Origin: a virus
Lineage: Duplodnaviria > Caudoviricetes
DNA length: 25,737 nt
Strand: one strand, 5' to 3'
Virus record (IMG/VR): IMGVR_UViG_3300032247_000468
Location: 1 to 25,737 of that record
Both the position numbers and the translations under genes were made by a program. How positions within the stretch are numbered: position 1 is the stretch's first letter; each line of letters begins with the position of its first letter. The notes beneath the pieces are model-generated. The model searched no databases and was not told where the DNA came from. It saw only the letters and a program-made list of their open reading frames with translations. Positions 7,935 to 16,986 of the stretch are shown here, piece by piece.

Positions 7935-8269
7935 CTGGTCACATCCTGAACAATGAACACCGGACCAGCCAACAGGGTGGTCACAACACCGGACGCGTTC
8001 TCCTGAATGTCATATACCGCTTGGCCGGCAGACAACGCACCAGTCACAGCAGTCCCCAAAGTACACACAAAGGTTCCTGCGGTCCCATTAGTCACCGTGC
8101 AAGTAAAAGTTGCCAACACAGCCGTCGACGCAGCGCTCGAACGAATCTGTGAACTGTAGGTGCGTCCTGTGATGTTCACAGCTGAACCGGCTGCGTCACG
8201 AACACGAACAGTCACCTGTTCTGTGTCGCCAGTGCGAATCGTCAATGGGTACTCAGCCGGACTAGCCAT
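7931..8269 (-). CDS. virion structural adaptor (BppU-N-like Ig fold, tail-fibre associated)
   Basis: PAEYPLTIRTGDT...AVNITG.T...QIR...YDIQ...TLL.G...V..DVTR pattern seen ahead of phage fibre genes. Confidence 0.6.
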   Translation of the reverse strand: MASPAEYPLTIRTGDTEQVTVRVRDAAGSAVNITGRTYSSQIRSSAASTAVLATFTCTVTNGTAGTFVCTLGTAVTGALSAGQAVYDIQENASGVVTTLLAGPVFIVQDVTR

Positions 8270-8528
8270 GATCCACCGGTCCATTCGCAGTCACAGAAGT
8301 CCACTCAGACCCCACCAGCGAAGGTGTACCGGAATCACCGAACGGTGCAGACCCAATCGAACTGATCACCGACAGAACAAACCCACCAGCAGCAGCACCA
8401 CCAAGAGTCTTCCAATCAGCGGTGAACAGATCAAACCCTTGTGCTGCACCAACAGCCAAAATCAAAGTTTGAGCAGCAGTTTTGACTGCACGTTCAAACA
8501 ACTGCTTCCAAAACAAACGAGTAAACAT
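8262..8528 (-). CDS. holin (r1t-like)
   Basis: MFT..FWK...ERAVKTAAQ...DW...G.A....VLSV..SI.S.P.G..GTPSLV signature; two TM segments. Confidence 0.88.
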   Translation of the reverse strand: MFTRLFWKQLFERAVKTAAQTLILAVGAAQGFDLFTADWKTLGGAAAGGFVLSVISSIGSAPFGDSGTPSLVGSEWTSVTANGPVDHG

Positions 8529-8656
8529 CAAACATTCCAATCCGGTTCAGGATGTTCCTGGACATCAGGAAATTCATCTGTATCAGGGTCATACGGTTCC
8601 AGTTCTTCACCATCAGGAACCACAATCGTTTCCGGCTCGATTTCAATGACAGTCAT
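8528..8656 (-). CDS. acidic Pro-rich peptide (42 aa)
   Basis: Translated by hand: MTVIEIEPETIVVPDGEELEPYDPDTDEFPDVQEHPEPDWNV; ATGA/TGATG overlaps with both neighbours. Confidence 0.65.
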   Translation of the reverse strand: MTVIEIEPETIVVPDGEELEPYDPDTDEFPDVQEHPEPDWNV

Positions 8657-9018
8657 TCGTCATCCTCAGCTTCATCTGTGTCTTCAGGTTCCGGCTGATG
8701 CAACATCGCACCAAACGCACAGTCCAAATAACCGATTGCGTCGACAAAATGGTCACGCAACAGTTCAACCGGAAAATCTTGGGTCATCCCATAGGACAAC
8801 CTGGACAACTTTACCGCGACCATGAACAAGATTCCTTCAACAGGACTCAGTTCTATACCAGTCATTCGAGCGTACAGATCTGTCGTCAACGCATAATCTT
8901 CCCATGGTGGTCCGTACAGTCCACCACGCGTATCTGCACCTTGACCGTGGACAAGCATGAACGCATCAGCAGCCGGTGAATCCCATTGTGGTTTTGTTTC
9001 ACGCATCTTCTTTGACAT
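8653..9018 (-). CDS. DUF6378-like all-alpha protein (possible nucleotide pyrophosphohydrolase fold)
   Basis: A..LV.G...R...YG.P.E.....LY...G.......LFMVAVKLSR......DHFVDAIGY pattern. Confidence 0.7.
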   Translation of the reverse strand: MSKKMRETKPQWDSPAADAFMLVHGQGADTRGGLYGPPWEDYALTTDLYARMTGIELSPVEGILFMVAVKLSRLSYGMTQDFPVELLRDHFVDAIGYLDCAFGAMLHQPEPEDTDEAEDDE

Positions 9019-9863
9019 CAGAACACCTTTTGCATGAATTTGGAGAGTCTCACACCCTCGTAGCGTCTGCACAGATAATCCAACGAAACAAACATGGGGT
9101 CTCCTGAACCGTCACCATCACATTCATGCAACACAATCAGCCCACGCCAATGATGGTTTCCTTGAAACGATTTGTAGTCTTCGTCATGCAGGTACATGGC
9201 TCCACATATCAAACCGAACTGTTGCTGTCCGGTTCCTGGTAGGAACCTGACCGCATAATCCAATGTTTGCTGGTGTCCTTGCACAAACGTGTGACCAATC
9301 GTTTTGAGTCGACCAGCAGCGTTACCACCATACGGACGCCCATTCATAGGATTCGCCCAATAGTGGCAGTACCAAATTCCGTCCACACAGATTGGTTTCA
9401 GGAAATCGTGGACATTCCAACCACGAAAGTCCATGTCTTCGAGTGTCACCAACCCAACCAGTTTGGGATCATCATTCGCAGCTCGCGACACCCTATGTTC
9501 ATGGTTTCCCAGCGTGACATGCAGTTCAGGTTTCCATTGTTTGCATTTCTGTTCACGCTGATGCTGGTTGTGGGATTCCATCGCATCACACAACACTTTG
9601 AACGCGTGGTTTCCAGCTTCAATGTCTTCGATGTATCTGCGACCCTCAAACGCAGCTGTTCCTTTGTCCCAACTGGATAAGGATGGCATATCGAAATGGT
9701 CGCCCAAATGCACAACCACATCAGGTTTCAACGCGGTCATGTACTCCCCAGCCCAATACAGATGATCCACAGGAACACCTGGTTTGGCTTGGGTGTCAGG
9801 AATGATCAGATGGGTGCGCGGATTCGCGTTGGTGCAGTTGTTCATGCTGGTCAAGTCGTGCAT
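9018..9863 (-). CDS. calcineurin-like metallophosphoesterase (start uncertain)
   Basis: IPDTQ, HLGDHFD, GNHE, YCHY and QGHQQ metal-binding motifs. Confidence 0.88.
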   Translation of the reverse strand: MHDLTSMNNCTNANPRTHLIIPDTQAKPGVPVDHLYWAGEYMTALKPDVVVHLGDHFDMPSLSSWDKGTAAFEGRRYIEDIEAGNHAFKVLCDAMESHNQHQREQKCKQWKPELHVTLGNHEHRVSRAANDDPKLVGLVTLEDMDFRGWNVHDFLKPICVDGIWYCHYWANPMNGRPYGGNAAGRLKTIGHTFVQGHQQTLDYAVRFLPGTGQQQFGLICGAMYLHDEDYKSFQGNHHWRGLIVLHECDGDGSGDPMFVSLDYLCRRYEGVRLSKFMQKVF

Positions 9864-10113
9864 CAAGTCGTTCCACCTTCTGATCCACCCGTCCAACTGA
9901 TGTGTGCAAATCGAGCAGCCGGTCGCGAACATCTGTGACAATCGCGCGACCTTCAGCGTGCTGTTCCGTGTTCTCCCTACGCAACCTGACCAGTTGAACA
10001 ATCGCACCAATCACGGTTCCAACAATCAGACATGCAACAGTTGCAAGTCCAACCCATTCAGCTGTTCCAAACCCGTTCGTATCAACGATCTGTGTGGAAA
10101 CCTGTGCGAACAC
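9796..10113 (-). CDS. single-TM plus coiled-coil protein (lysis-associated)
   Basis: TM segment WVGLATVACLIVGTVIGAIV followed by a heptad region ending ...RLDQH; directly after the endolysin. Confidence 0.7.
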   Translation of the reverse strand: MFAQVSTQIVDTNGFGTAEWVGLATVACLIVGTVIGAIVQLVRLRRENTEQHAEGRAIVTDVRDRLLDLHTSVGRVDQKVERLDARLDQHEQLHQRESAHPSDHS

Positions 10114-10119
10114 GTTGCA

Positions 10120-10947
10120 TCACACAACCCACGCACGCCATGTGCCATTGAAATTCTGTGTGCGATATGCAACCTGGCTGGTTTCGCTGTTCCACACACA
10201 CACTTCAAACCGGCCATCCTTGTTCTGTGCTGCGGTGACACCATCAGCCGGAAAAGGTTGACCATCATTCAAAGGAACCCAACTGTTCCAGTTTCCGTTG
10301 GGTCGCTGTTGCCACCGGTGCAACAGTTGTCCTGCGAAGAAACCGAATTGGACAATGCCACCATCCTGCTTGGTCACCATGTGCATAAGGTGCTTCTTTC
10401 TGTTCGAGTCGACGCCGGTCAGCCGGCGCATAAATTCATCAACCGGCCATGACGGACCAGGATCTGTGTGATCCGTTCCGATACCAGCAGCCGTACACAA
10501 TCCGTGTGTGGAAATACCTGCGAACCCTGCACGCAACCCGTCAACATCAACCCACACACGCGGAATGCTGTACCGGTCACACAACGCACCAACCAGCGCA
10601 ACCACATTGTCCAACTGGTCAGATGCAGCACCAGTAGCAGACCAATCAGTTTGGTATGCGTACCCTGACTGCTCGATTCCAATTGATGCAGCACCCGCAT
10701 ACCAGTTCGCTGTACCAACATGCCACGCTTGGTTGGGTGGTTGTACTCCACACCACACGTTCTGTGGGTCAACTGTGTAATGGGCTGATGCACGCGGCGA
10801 ACTGTCAGACGCAAACCAGCGTGCTACTTGTTCCGCGCGTCCAATTTCCAACGGACATTCCATGCTGTGCAACACAACCAGTTTTGGTGTGTTCGACGCA
10901 GCAGACCAATACTTTGATTGGATGAAAGGAATGTCATCCAGGTTCAT
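10120..10947 (-). CDS. endolysin, N-acetylmuramoyl-L-alanine amidase (Amidase_2) with Trp-rich C-terminal repeats
   Basis: VVLHSME, SAHY, AWHVG, SIGIE, STH and HTDPG amidase motifs. Confidence 0.9.
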   Translation of the reverse strand: MNLDDIPFIQSKYWSAASNTPKLVVLHSMECPLEIGRAEQVARWFASDSSPRASAHYTVDPQNVWCGVQPPNQAWHVGTANWYAGAASIGIEQSGYAYQTDWSATGAASDQLDNVVALVGALCDRYSIPRVWVDVDGLRAGFAGISTHGLCTAAGIGTDHTDPGPSWPVDEFMRRLTGVDSNRKKHLMHMVTKQDGGIVQFGFFAGQLLHRWQQRPNGNWNSWVPLNDGQPFPADGVTAAQNKDGRFEVCVWNSETSQVAYRTQNFNGTWRAWVV

Positions 10948-11585
10948 CAGACCGGCACTCCACTAGGCCCAATGTCTTCAACGAAGAACCGTGTGGTTCC
11001 AACAGTTGAACCCAACACATTTACGGAATGTGAGATTCCTTGCATTCGAACCGTGTACACAGCACCAGCAGCTGACTGGGCAACTATCGAATTCGAAATT
11101 TGATATCCAGCATCGATTGTTGAATACACCTGTGCGATTCGACCCACAGTCACCGAGTCCGTGACGTTGTAAATCTCAGCAACAAAACCACCATTAGCAG
11201 AAGTTTCAGAAACGTTCGCGACAAACGTAAACCGCAACCAACGATTCGCAACGAACGCTGCACCCGTGCGCAAACCGGTTGTCAGTTCACCCATAGTTGT
11301 AGTGCGCACACGGTCAGTTGTATCTGACGTGGAAGAACGCAAACCAAACGGTGAATTCCAACCTGAACCCTTAGTCCAACTGGAACCGTTCCAGGAATAC
11401 AAACCTTCATTCGAGTCACCGGAATTGATGTACACCGTCATTCCAGCAATCCGGTCACCGGACGCAATCGCAGCATCACGCGCACTAGTCGACGCAAACA
11501 CCATGATCGACTGCCATGAACAATAGTTGTTCAAATCAGATGCGGTCAGAACATCGCTAGTTGACCATTTCTTATATCCACCCAC
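10947..11585 (-). CDS. minor tail protein
   Basis: K.W...DVLTASDLN.Y....IMVFAS..ARDAAI...GM..Y N-terminus typical of actinophage minor tail proteins; position in the tail module. Confidence 0.75.
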   Translation of the reverse strand: MGGYKKWSTSDVLTASDLNNYCSWQSIMVFASTSARDAAIASGDRIAGMTVYINSGDSNEGLYSWNGSSWTKGSGWNSPFGLRSSTSDTTDRVRTTTMGELTTGLRTGAAFVANRWLRFTFVANVSETSANGGFVAEIYNVTDSVTVGRIAQVYSTIDAGYQISNSIVAQSAAGAVYTVRMQGISHSVNVLGSTVGTTRFFVEDIGPSGVPV

Positions 11586-11595
11586 AACGAACCTT

Positions 11596-13533
11596 TCAGA
11601 ACCCTAGTTTGCTGGTGTTCAACACACCCTTAGTTGACGAATCCAACACAAAGAACAGTTCCGGTGCCGGCCCCAAATCGTACGCAAATCGGACATCATC
11701 AACTGATATTTCACACTTGACTGACTGCACCTGCAATGTTTGAGTAATCGCAGAACCAACATTTTGTGGTCTGCGGTTCACAACAACACGGTCACCAATC
11801 TGCAAACCCAACAGGGTTTCAATGTCACTCGAACTGTGACCACGCACAGTTGTTCCAATCGACTTGATACGCACCTGTGGCTGCTTGTATCTGGACAACA
11901 GATATGCAGCCAAATCTGATGAGAACGAATCGTTGTCTGTGATCAGATCTGACAACTCGAGTGTGCGCGGCCAATATGAATCCTGTGAGGCTGTATCCAA
12001 CGCAACCGACGCAGCACCATTTTTGCGTGACACTTTCACCTGGTTCGCAATGTCTTGGTCGCTGTATTCAATCGTGATGTCCTGATAACCAATTTCACCG
12101 GTGCTGTCACCGAACGTTGCAACACTCGAAGACAACAGATTTGACATGTCTGTTCGAGTGATGAACCTGACACCACCGTTGCTATCTGCGAACAACAAAC
12201 CTTGTTCAGCTGCTTCACATTCCTGCAACGCAGCCAACACAGTTTTTCCTTCAGTATCAACACCCTGCACGTTCGAGACACCAACACCAAGATCAACACC
12301 ATCTGCCGGCCAATCAATGATGTTCAAAACACGTTGCACGCGTTCATCAGTTCGTTCACCTGACGCAAACTGTGTGGTCCCCAACGCAAAATGGTCAGCA
12401 ACGTCTGTGGCTGTGAAACATCGTGCGTAATCTGCGTACTCATCGATCACACCAACGAACTGTGCGGAAGACTGGAAATCAACTGTGTAATACGGTGTTC
12501 CACCCAACCGGTTTGCATCCGGCCACACAGATTCACAAGGAGAAGTTGTGGTTGGAGTCGTCGCACGTTCACCATCCACATACAGCGCTGTGGTCGAACC
12601 GAACACCAACACAACGTGATGTGGTTTCCCATCATTCACAATCACGTTTGATACAAGGTTCTTGAACGTGTTTGTTCCTGGTTGACCAATGCACGCGCTG
12701 ATCAACCCAATCCCATACGCAGACGCCATCCATGCGTATACACCGGAATCACCAGCGTTTACACCAAGCAACCCGTAGGTGTTCGCCTCATTCGAACTGG
12801 TCTGCATCCAAAATTCAATGGTTCTGTCTGCTGTCAAACCTGAAGATTCAACAGGTCCAACCGCGTAGAACACAGACGAGAAATCACCTGCACCGTTCGA
12901 GTCGTTTTGAATCAAACCTGCAACTGTTGTGTTCGACCCATAAGGCTGGGTGTTGTTCGACAGTTTCACCCTACGCCAAGGTGTAGCAGTAGAACCCTGA
13001 TTGGTGATCTTCGAACTAGTCCCATCATCAAACCGCAACCAAGTTGTAGGTGTCTCAGATTCGATCTGTGTTCCGTAGTAACCGGACAGTTTGATGTTAT
13101 TGAGAACCTTGAAAAGATCAGACACGTTCAATGACACAGTTGCATCCGCAACCAGTTCGTACGATTGCGGCCAACCATCTGCGTAACCAAAGAACTGGGT
13201 GAAAATGTTGGTCATCCCATACTGGTCACGGTGTGACAAGCTGATTTGCACAGGTCGCATTGGGGTCAATGACCCGTAGTACGAACCGGACGAGTATGCA
13301 GGATCGAACCGGCGATCTGCGTTCGATAGCAAAATCTGTGCTGACCCTGTTTGGAACGAATCCAGTTCTGTTGATCGACCGCGACTGAACGAGACGCCGC
13401 GCACATAGGCGGTCACATCAGTCCACACAATGTCAGAAATCAGCGCACCTAGTGGGACTGTGTTTGTCCCAGCGCTAGTGGAGAACCCAATTTGAACTGT
13501 GACACTTATGTCATCAAACAACTGTTGGGTCAT
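11596..13533 (-). CDS. minor tail/baseplate hub protein with LamG (concanavalin A-like) insert
   Basis: WTDVTAYVR...RGRS.ELD...G...L.N.DRRFDP N-terminus; TIEFW...DGKPHHVV...LYVDG...IDE LamG motifs; follows the tape measure; ATGA overlap at 13530-13533. Confidence 0.8.
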   Translation of the reverse strand: MTQQLFDDISVTVQIGFSTSAGTNTVPLGALISDIVWTDVTAYVRGVSFSRGRSTELDSFQTGSAQILLSNADRRFDPAYSSGSYYGSLTPMRPVQISLSHRDQYGMTNIFTQFFGYADGWPQSYELVADATVSLNVSDLFKVLNNIKLSGYYGTQIESETPTTWLRFDDGTSSKITNQGSTATPWRRVKLSNNTQPYGSNTTVAGLIQNDSNGAGDFSSVFYAVGPVESSGLTADRTIEFWMQTSSNEANTYGLLGVNAGDSGVYAWMASAYGIGLISACIGQPGTNTFKNLVSNVIVNDGKPHHVVLVFGSTTALYVDGERATTPTTTSPCESVWPDANRLGGTPYYTVDFQSSAQFVGVIDEYADYARCFTATDVADHFALGTTQFASGERTDERVQRVLNIIDWPADGVDLGVGVSNVQGVDTEGKTVLAALQECEAAEQGLLFADSNGGVRFITRTDMSNLLSSSVATFGDSTGEIGYQDITIEYSDQDIANQVKVSRKNGAASVALDTASQDSYWPRTLELSDLITDNDSFSSDLAAYLLSRYKQPQVRIKSIGTTVRGHSSSDIETLLGLQIGDRVVVNRRPQNVGSAITQTLQVQSVKCEISVDDVRFAYDLGPAPELFFVLDSSTKGVLNTSKLGF

Positions 13534-15371
13534 GCTGCACGCCAACCGGCACCGGATCTGCGCTCATACGCTGACAACGCTTCCGCGATTGCTTGACCAA
13601 CAGCAGCCTTATCAGCCGTAGGCGCAACAGTCACGTTGATAGTGACGTTCGAGCCACCACCCATCCCATTGGCGCGACCAAGCAGCATTGCTTGCTGATC
13701 CTGCGACAAAACCATTTCACCGGTCTGCAACATCATCGGAACAGACGCACCAGGTGCGCCGGTCACAATGCCACCGGTGTGCGCCCAACGTGTCAGTTTC
13801 GGAATCGTGATCGACTTACCTGCAATCGATCCACCACCAGGAATGTATTTCACCCAGTCAGGAACCGTGAACCCAAGTCCACCAACAGTTGCGTTCCAAA
13901 TGTCAACAATGAGATTGAACGCAGCTTTGAACGGTGCGACGATTGCTGAACCAACAGCAATGAAGATGTCCCCAATGGTGTCCTTCAACCAGTTGAACTT
14001 CTCCCAAACCCATTGAACTGCATCCCAAATTTTTTGGAACACCATTTTGATGAAGTCCCATGCTGCGCTGAACCCTTCCTTTATCAGCTCCCAAGCAGTC
14101 AGAATCCCATTACGGAACCAATCAAAGTTGTTCCACGCATAGATGAATCCTGCGACCAGTAGCGCAATGATTCCAATGATGAGGATGATGGGCCATGTGG
14201 CTGCAAGGACATTGATAGCCATGAGAACCAACTGGACGTTCACAGCAATCAACGCAATAACAAGCGCACCACCAATGATTCCTGCAACTACCTTTGCAAC
14301 ACCCTGATGTTCCTGGAAGTACTTGGTGACCTGATCAACCTTCGGACCGAGCCAGTCCATAATCTCACCAATTTTATCGAACACCTTTGAAGCAAAAGGT
14401 TCGATGGCAAGCATGATCCGGTTCTTCAGTTTGCTGAACTTCTCACTAAAATCTTCTGTGTCCGACGCAGCCTGATTGATCGAATCACCCTGACCAATCG
14501 AATTCTTCAGTTCATCAAACGAGACTGCACCGGAACGCACCAGTTCAGCCATCTTCGCACCCTTAGCACCAAATTGTTCCATTGCAATCTGCGACGCAGC
14601 AACATCATTCGGTGCGTTCTTGATTCGATCAAACGCACCACCCAAATAGGTTCCTGCGTCCTGACCGTTCTTCGCAGCCAAAGCAAGAGACTTCGAGAGT
14701 GTTGGCATCACATCACCAACATCCAAACCAGCCTTAGCAAGTTGTGCAGTAAACGCAGCAGAAGACTGAAAATCAAACCCAGCAGACCGCAGCACCGGAC
14801 CAGCAGTAGCCATCTGTGTAGCCAAATCGCTAATTGAAATACCGGTCTGCTGGGATGCGCGGAACATCACATCAAGCGCTGGACCCTGATACGCGGTGAT
14901 GACCCCAAAGTTCTTCATCACCTTTGATACAGCATCCACATTTGTGTTCAGATCTGTTCCGGTCAGACGCGACAAATTCAAGATCTGCACAGACAGATCT
15001 TCCAACGGTTTACCTGACAACCCAAGGTTCGATGCGAACCCTGCGAGAGCAACAGAAACCTGGTCGAACGAATCCGGCACCTGACTTGCAACAGCACGCA
15101 AATCGTTCTTCAGGACATCCAGTTCAGCACCAGTCTTGCCGGTGTTGACTCGAAGATTATCGTAGGCGTCATCAAAACTGCTGCCAATCTTGTACAGCGC
15201 ACCAACCGCAACACCAGCGCCGGCCAAGACACCACCACCAAGCGCAGCAGCTGAACGAACAGTTTTCGAAGTCGAAGATTCAACCTTCTTTGACAGTTTG
15301 TCCATTTCAGCGCGTGCACGTTTCAACCCTGCATCATTGAACGTGGAAAGAACTGTGATATTGACAGCCAT
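13530..15371 (-). CDS. tape measure protein
   Basis: 613 aa, Ala/Gly-rich and helical, with a hydrophobic segment, aromatic W/F repeats and an ..HTGGIV.G C-terminal motif. Confidence 0.9.
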   Translation of the reverse strand: MAVNITVLSTFNDAGLKRARAEMDKLSKKVESSTSKTVRSAAALGGGVLAGAGVAVGALYKIGSSFDDAYDNLRVNTGKTGAELDVLKNDLRAVASQVPDSFDQVSVALAGFASNLGLSGKPLEDLSVQILNLSRLTGTDLNTNVDAVSKVMKNFGVITAYQGPALDVMFRASQQTGISISDLATQMATAGPVLRSAGFDFQSSAAFTAQLAKAGLDVGDVMPTLSKSLALAAKNGQDAGTYLGGAFDRIKNAPNDVAASQIAMEQFGAKGAKMAELVRSGAVSFDELKNSIGQGDSINQAASDTEDFSEKFSKLKNRIMLAIEPFASKVFDKIGEIMDWLGPKVDQVTKYFQEHQGVAKVVAGIIGGALVIALIAVNVQLVLMAINVLAATWPIILIIGIIALLVAGFIYAWNNFDWFRNGILTAWELIKEGFSAAWDFIKMVFQKIWDAVQWVWEKFNWLKDTIGDIFIAVGSAIVAPFKAAFNLIVDIWNATVGGLGFTVPDWVKYIPGGGSIAGKSITIPKLTRWAHTGGIVTGAPGASVPMMLQTGEMVLSQDQQAMLLGRANGMGGGSNVTINVTVAPTADKAAVGQAIAEALSAYERRSGAGWRAA

Positions 15372-15373
15372 GA

Positions 15374-15970
15374 CTAACCTTTCGCTGCACGCAGGTTGCG
15401 TTCCAGGATTCCTTCATAGGTTCGCACCACAGCAGTCACATCGCGTGTGATCTTCTTCGAGCCTCCGGATTCATCCCATGCACGCCAAATCAAACGTGAC
15501 GTTTTACCGTGATAGAGGGTGAGAGCAGAAGTAAAGATGCGACCAGAAGGTTTCGTGCGTTGCTTTGCAGCAATTTCGAACACTTCACCAGCAGCAGACT
15601 TGTTCTGAAGTTTCCACGCAGACTGTGTAGAACTGCCACGCGACCGCTTCCCACCTTGGCGCAACACGATTCCTTTGCGCACAGTCGACTGGTCCCAGTC
15701 AGGAAGTCGCGCACCACCACGCTCACCGGTTCTACCATTCCCAATACGCCAACCGGACAAAGGTTGTGAAGGAACCAGGTTGCGTGCATTCGAAACCACA
15801 GGTTTCAACAGCGCTCGAATCTCACGATCCATCGCTTTACGCAAATCAGGATCAAAGTCCTTCAACTGTTTCTTGAAGTCATTGTAACCCTTGAGTGACC
15901 CACGAATTTCGAGCTGTTGGCGCACATCACCGGACAACTGTTTCAGGTCAGCAAGTTTCATTGCAGACAT
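15374..15970 (-). CDS. basic tail-completion-like (HK97 gp10-like) protein
   Basis: G...FKKQLK.FDPDLRK.M......KPVV..AR..VP..PLSGW pattern; very basic. Confidence 0.5.
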   Translation of the reverse strand: MSAMKLADLKQLSGDVRQQLEIRGSLKGYNDFKKQLKDFDPDLRKAMDREIRALLKPVVSNARNLVPSQPLSGWRIGNGRTGERGGARLPDWDQSTVRKGIVLRQGGKRSRGSSTQSAWKLQNKSAAGEVFEIAAKQRTKPSGRIFTSALTLYHGKTSRLIWRAWDESGGSKKITRDVTAVVRTYEGILERNLRAAKG

Positions 15971-15973
15971 CAG

Positions 15974-16389
15974 TCACCTGTGTTTCTCAACTTCACGCGC
16001 TTGTTCCTTCAACACAGCAACAATCGCATCAAAAATTTCCGGTGGACAGTCCAGCAGTTCATTCGGACTGATGCTGGTTGCAACAGCGACCTGTGCAACC
16101 AGCAACGTCACGGAGTCCCTAAAGGGTTTGGTTGATCCTCAGTTCCTTCAACGGAATCGATTTCACCAAGCCATTCATCAAACGGTTTGACCACACGGTT
16201 CGAGAGCTGACACGCACGCCACGCCAACCAACAAATGGATTCGTAAGACATCGAATCCTGGTTGAACAATTGCGCTAGCGGTTTGTTGAAGTGACGTTCT
16301 GCGTCAACGATTGCTTTAGCACCAGCAACCACGTTGAAGGACGAACCATCAACCAATGAGATTGTCAGCGGAATCCGTGCAGAAGCCAT
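15974..16389 (-). CDS. tail assembly chaperone, long form via -1 programmed frameshift
   Basis: Slippery C CCT TTA at 16120-16126 in the correct phase; the -1 frame reads FRDSVTLLVAQVAVATSISPNELLDCPPEIFDAIVAVLKEQAREVEKHR* to 15974. Confidence 0.75.
16108..16389 (-). CDS. tail assembly chaperone, short form
   Basis: Directly after the major tail gene; ER.F...WLAW...FDEWL pattern. Confidence 0.8.
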   Translation of the reverse strand: MASARIPLTISLVDGSSFNVVAGAKAIVDAERHFNKPLAQLFNQDSMSYESICWLAWRACQLSNRVVKPFDEWLGEIDSVEGTEDQPNPLGTP

Positions 16390-16391
16390 GT

Positions 16392-16796
16392 TTAGGCGGT
16401 CGCCTTGGTGACCAGACCATCAACCGGCCAAGTGATCGATGCGGTAGCCAGTTCCCCAACCTGCGCATCGAGCGGTACCCATTCCACGCACAGCGCGTTG
16501 AAGGTATAGCTGGGGTTCGTGGCTGACACAGCAGTACCATTTGGCTTCACCACAATCTGCGTGGTCGAACCAAGCAGCGGATACAGGGTGGCTTCACAGG
16601 TAGCGCTGGAAAAATCCTGGTTGAAATCGATCTTGACAGACGAGTCCTTCAGACCACCAACGCGACGCTTAGCGGTAGAACCAAACGTGGTCACCTCCAG
16701 TTCATTCACGCTGGTTGAAAGCGTGACCTTCGTGATGTGCGAACTGAGGTCCACACCACCGATGCTCACCACAGCGTTAGTCACCACAATTGCCAT
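16392..16796 (-). CDS. major tail (tube) protein
   Basis: MAIVVTNAVVSIGGVDLS.H...V.L......EVTTFG.......GLKD......QDF; GGAAGGA RBS before ATG 16796. Confidence 0.88.
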   Translation of the reverse strand: MAIVVTNAVVSIGGVDLSSHITKVTLSTSVNELEVTTFGSTAKRRVGGLKDSSVKIDFNQDFSSATCEATLYPLLGSTTQIVVKPNGTAVSATNPSYTFNALCVEWVPLDAQVGELATASITWPVDGLVTKATA

Positions 16797-16797
16797 T

Positions 16798-16977
16798 TCA
16801 GTTTCCTTCCAAAGTCTCAGACACAGCAGCGCTGCGCTTTCCAGTTGATTCGATGTGACCGGACACAATCAGATGGTCAACAGACACACCTGCAACGTCC
16901 AAATCTTTTTCTGACAGGGTTTCACCTGGCAGACGGTCGCAAACCCTATGGGGTCCAACGATTTTGTATGTGGTCAT
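16798..16977 (-). CDS. small hypothetical virion-module protein (59 aa, MTTYKIVGPHRVCDRLPGETL...)
   Basis: Translated by hand; AAGGAG RBS; fills the gap between tail terminator and major tail genes. Confidence 0.75.
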   Translation of the reverse strand: MTTYKIVGPHRVCDRLPGETLSEKDLDVAGVSVDHLIVSGHIESTGKRSAAVSETLEGN

Positions 16978-16986
16978 TCGGACTCC

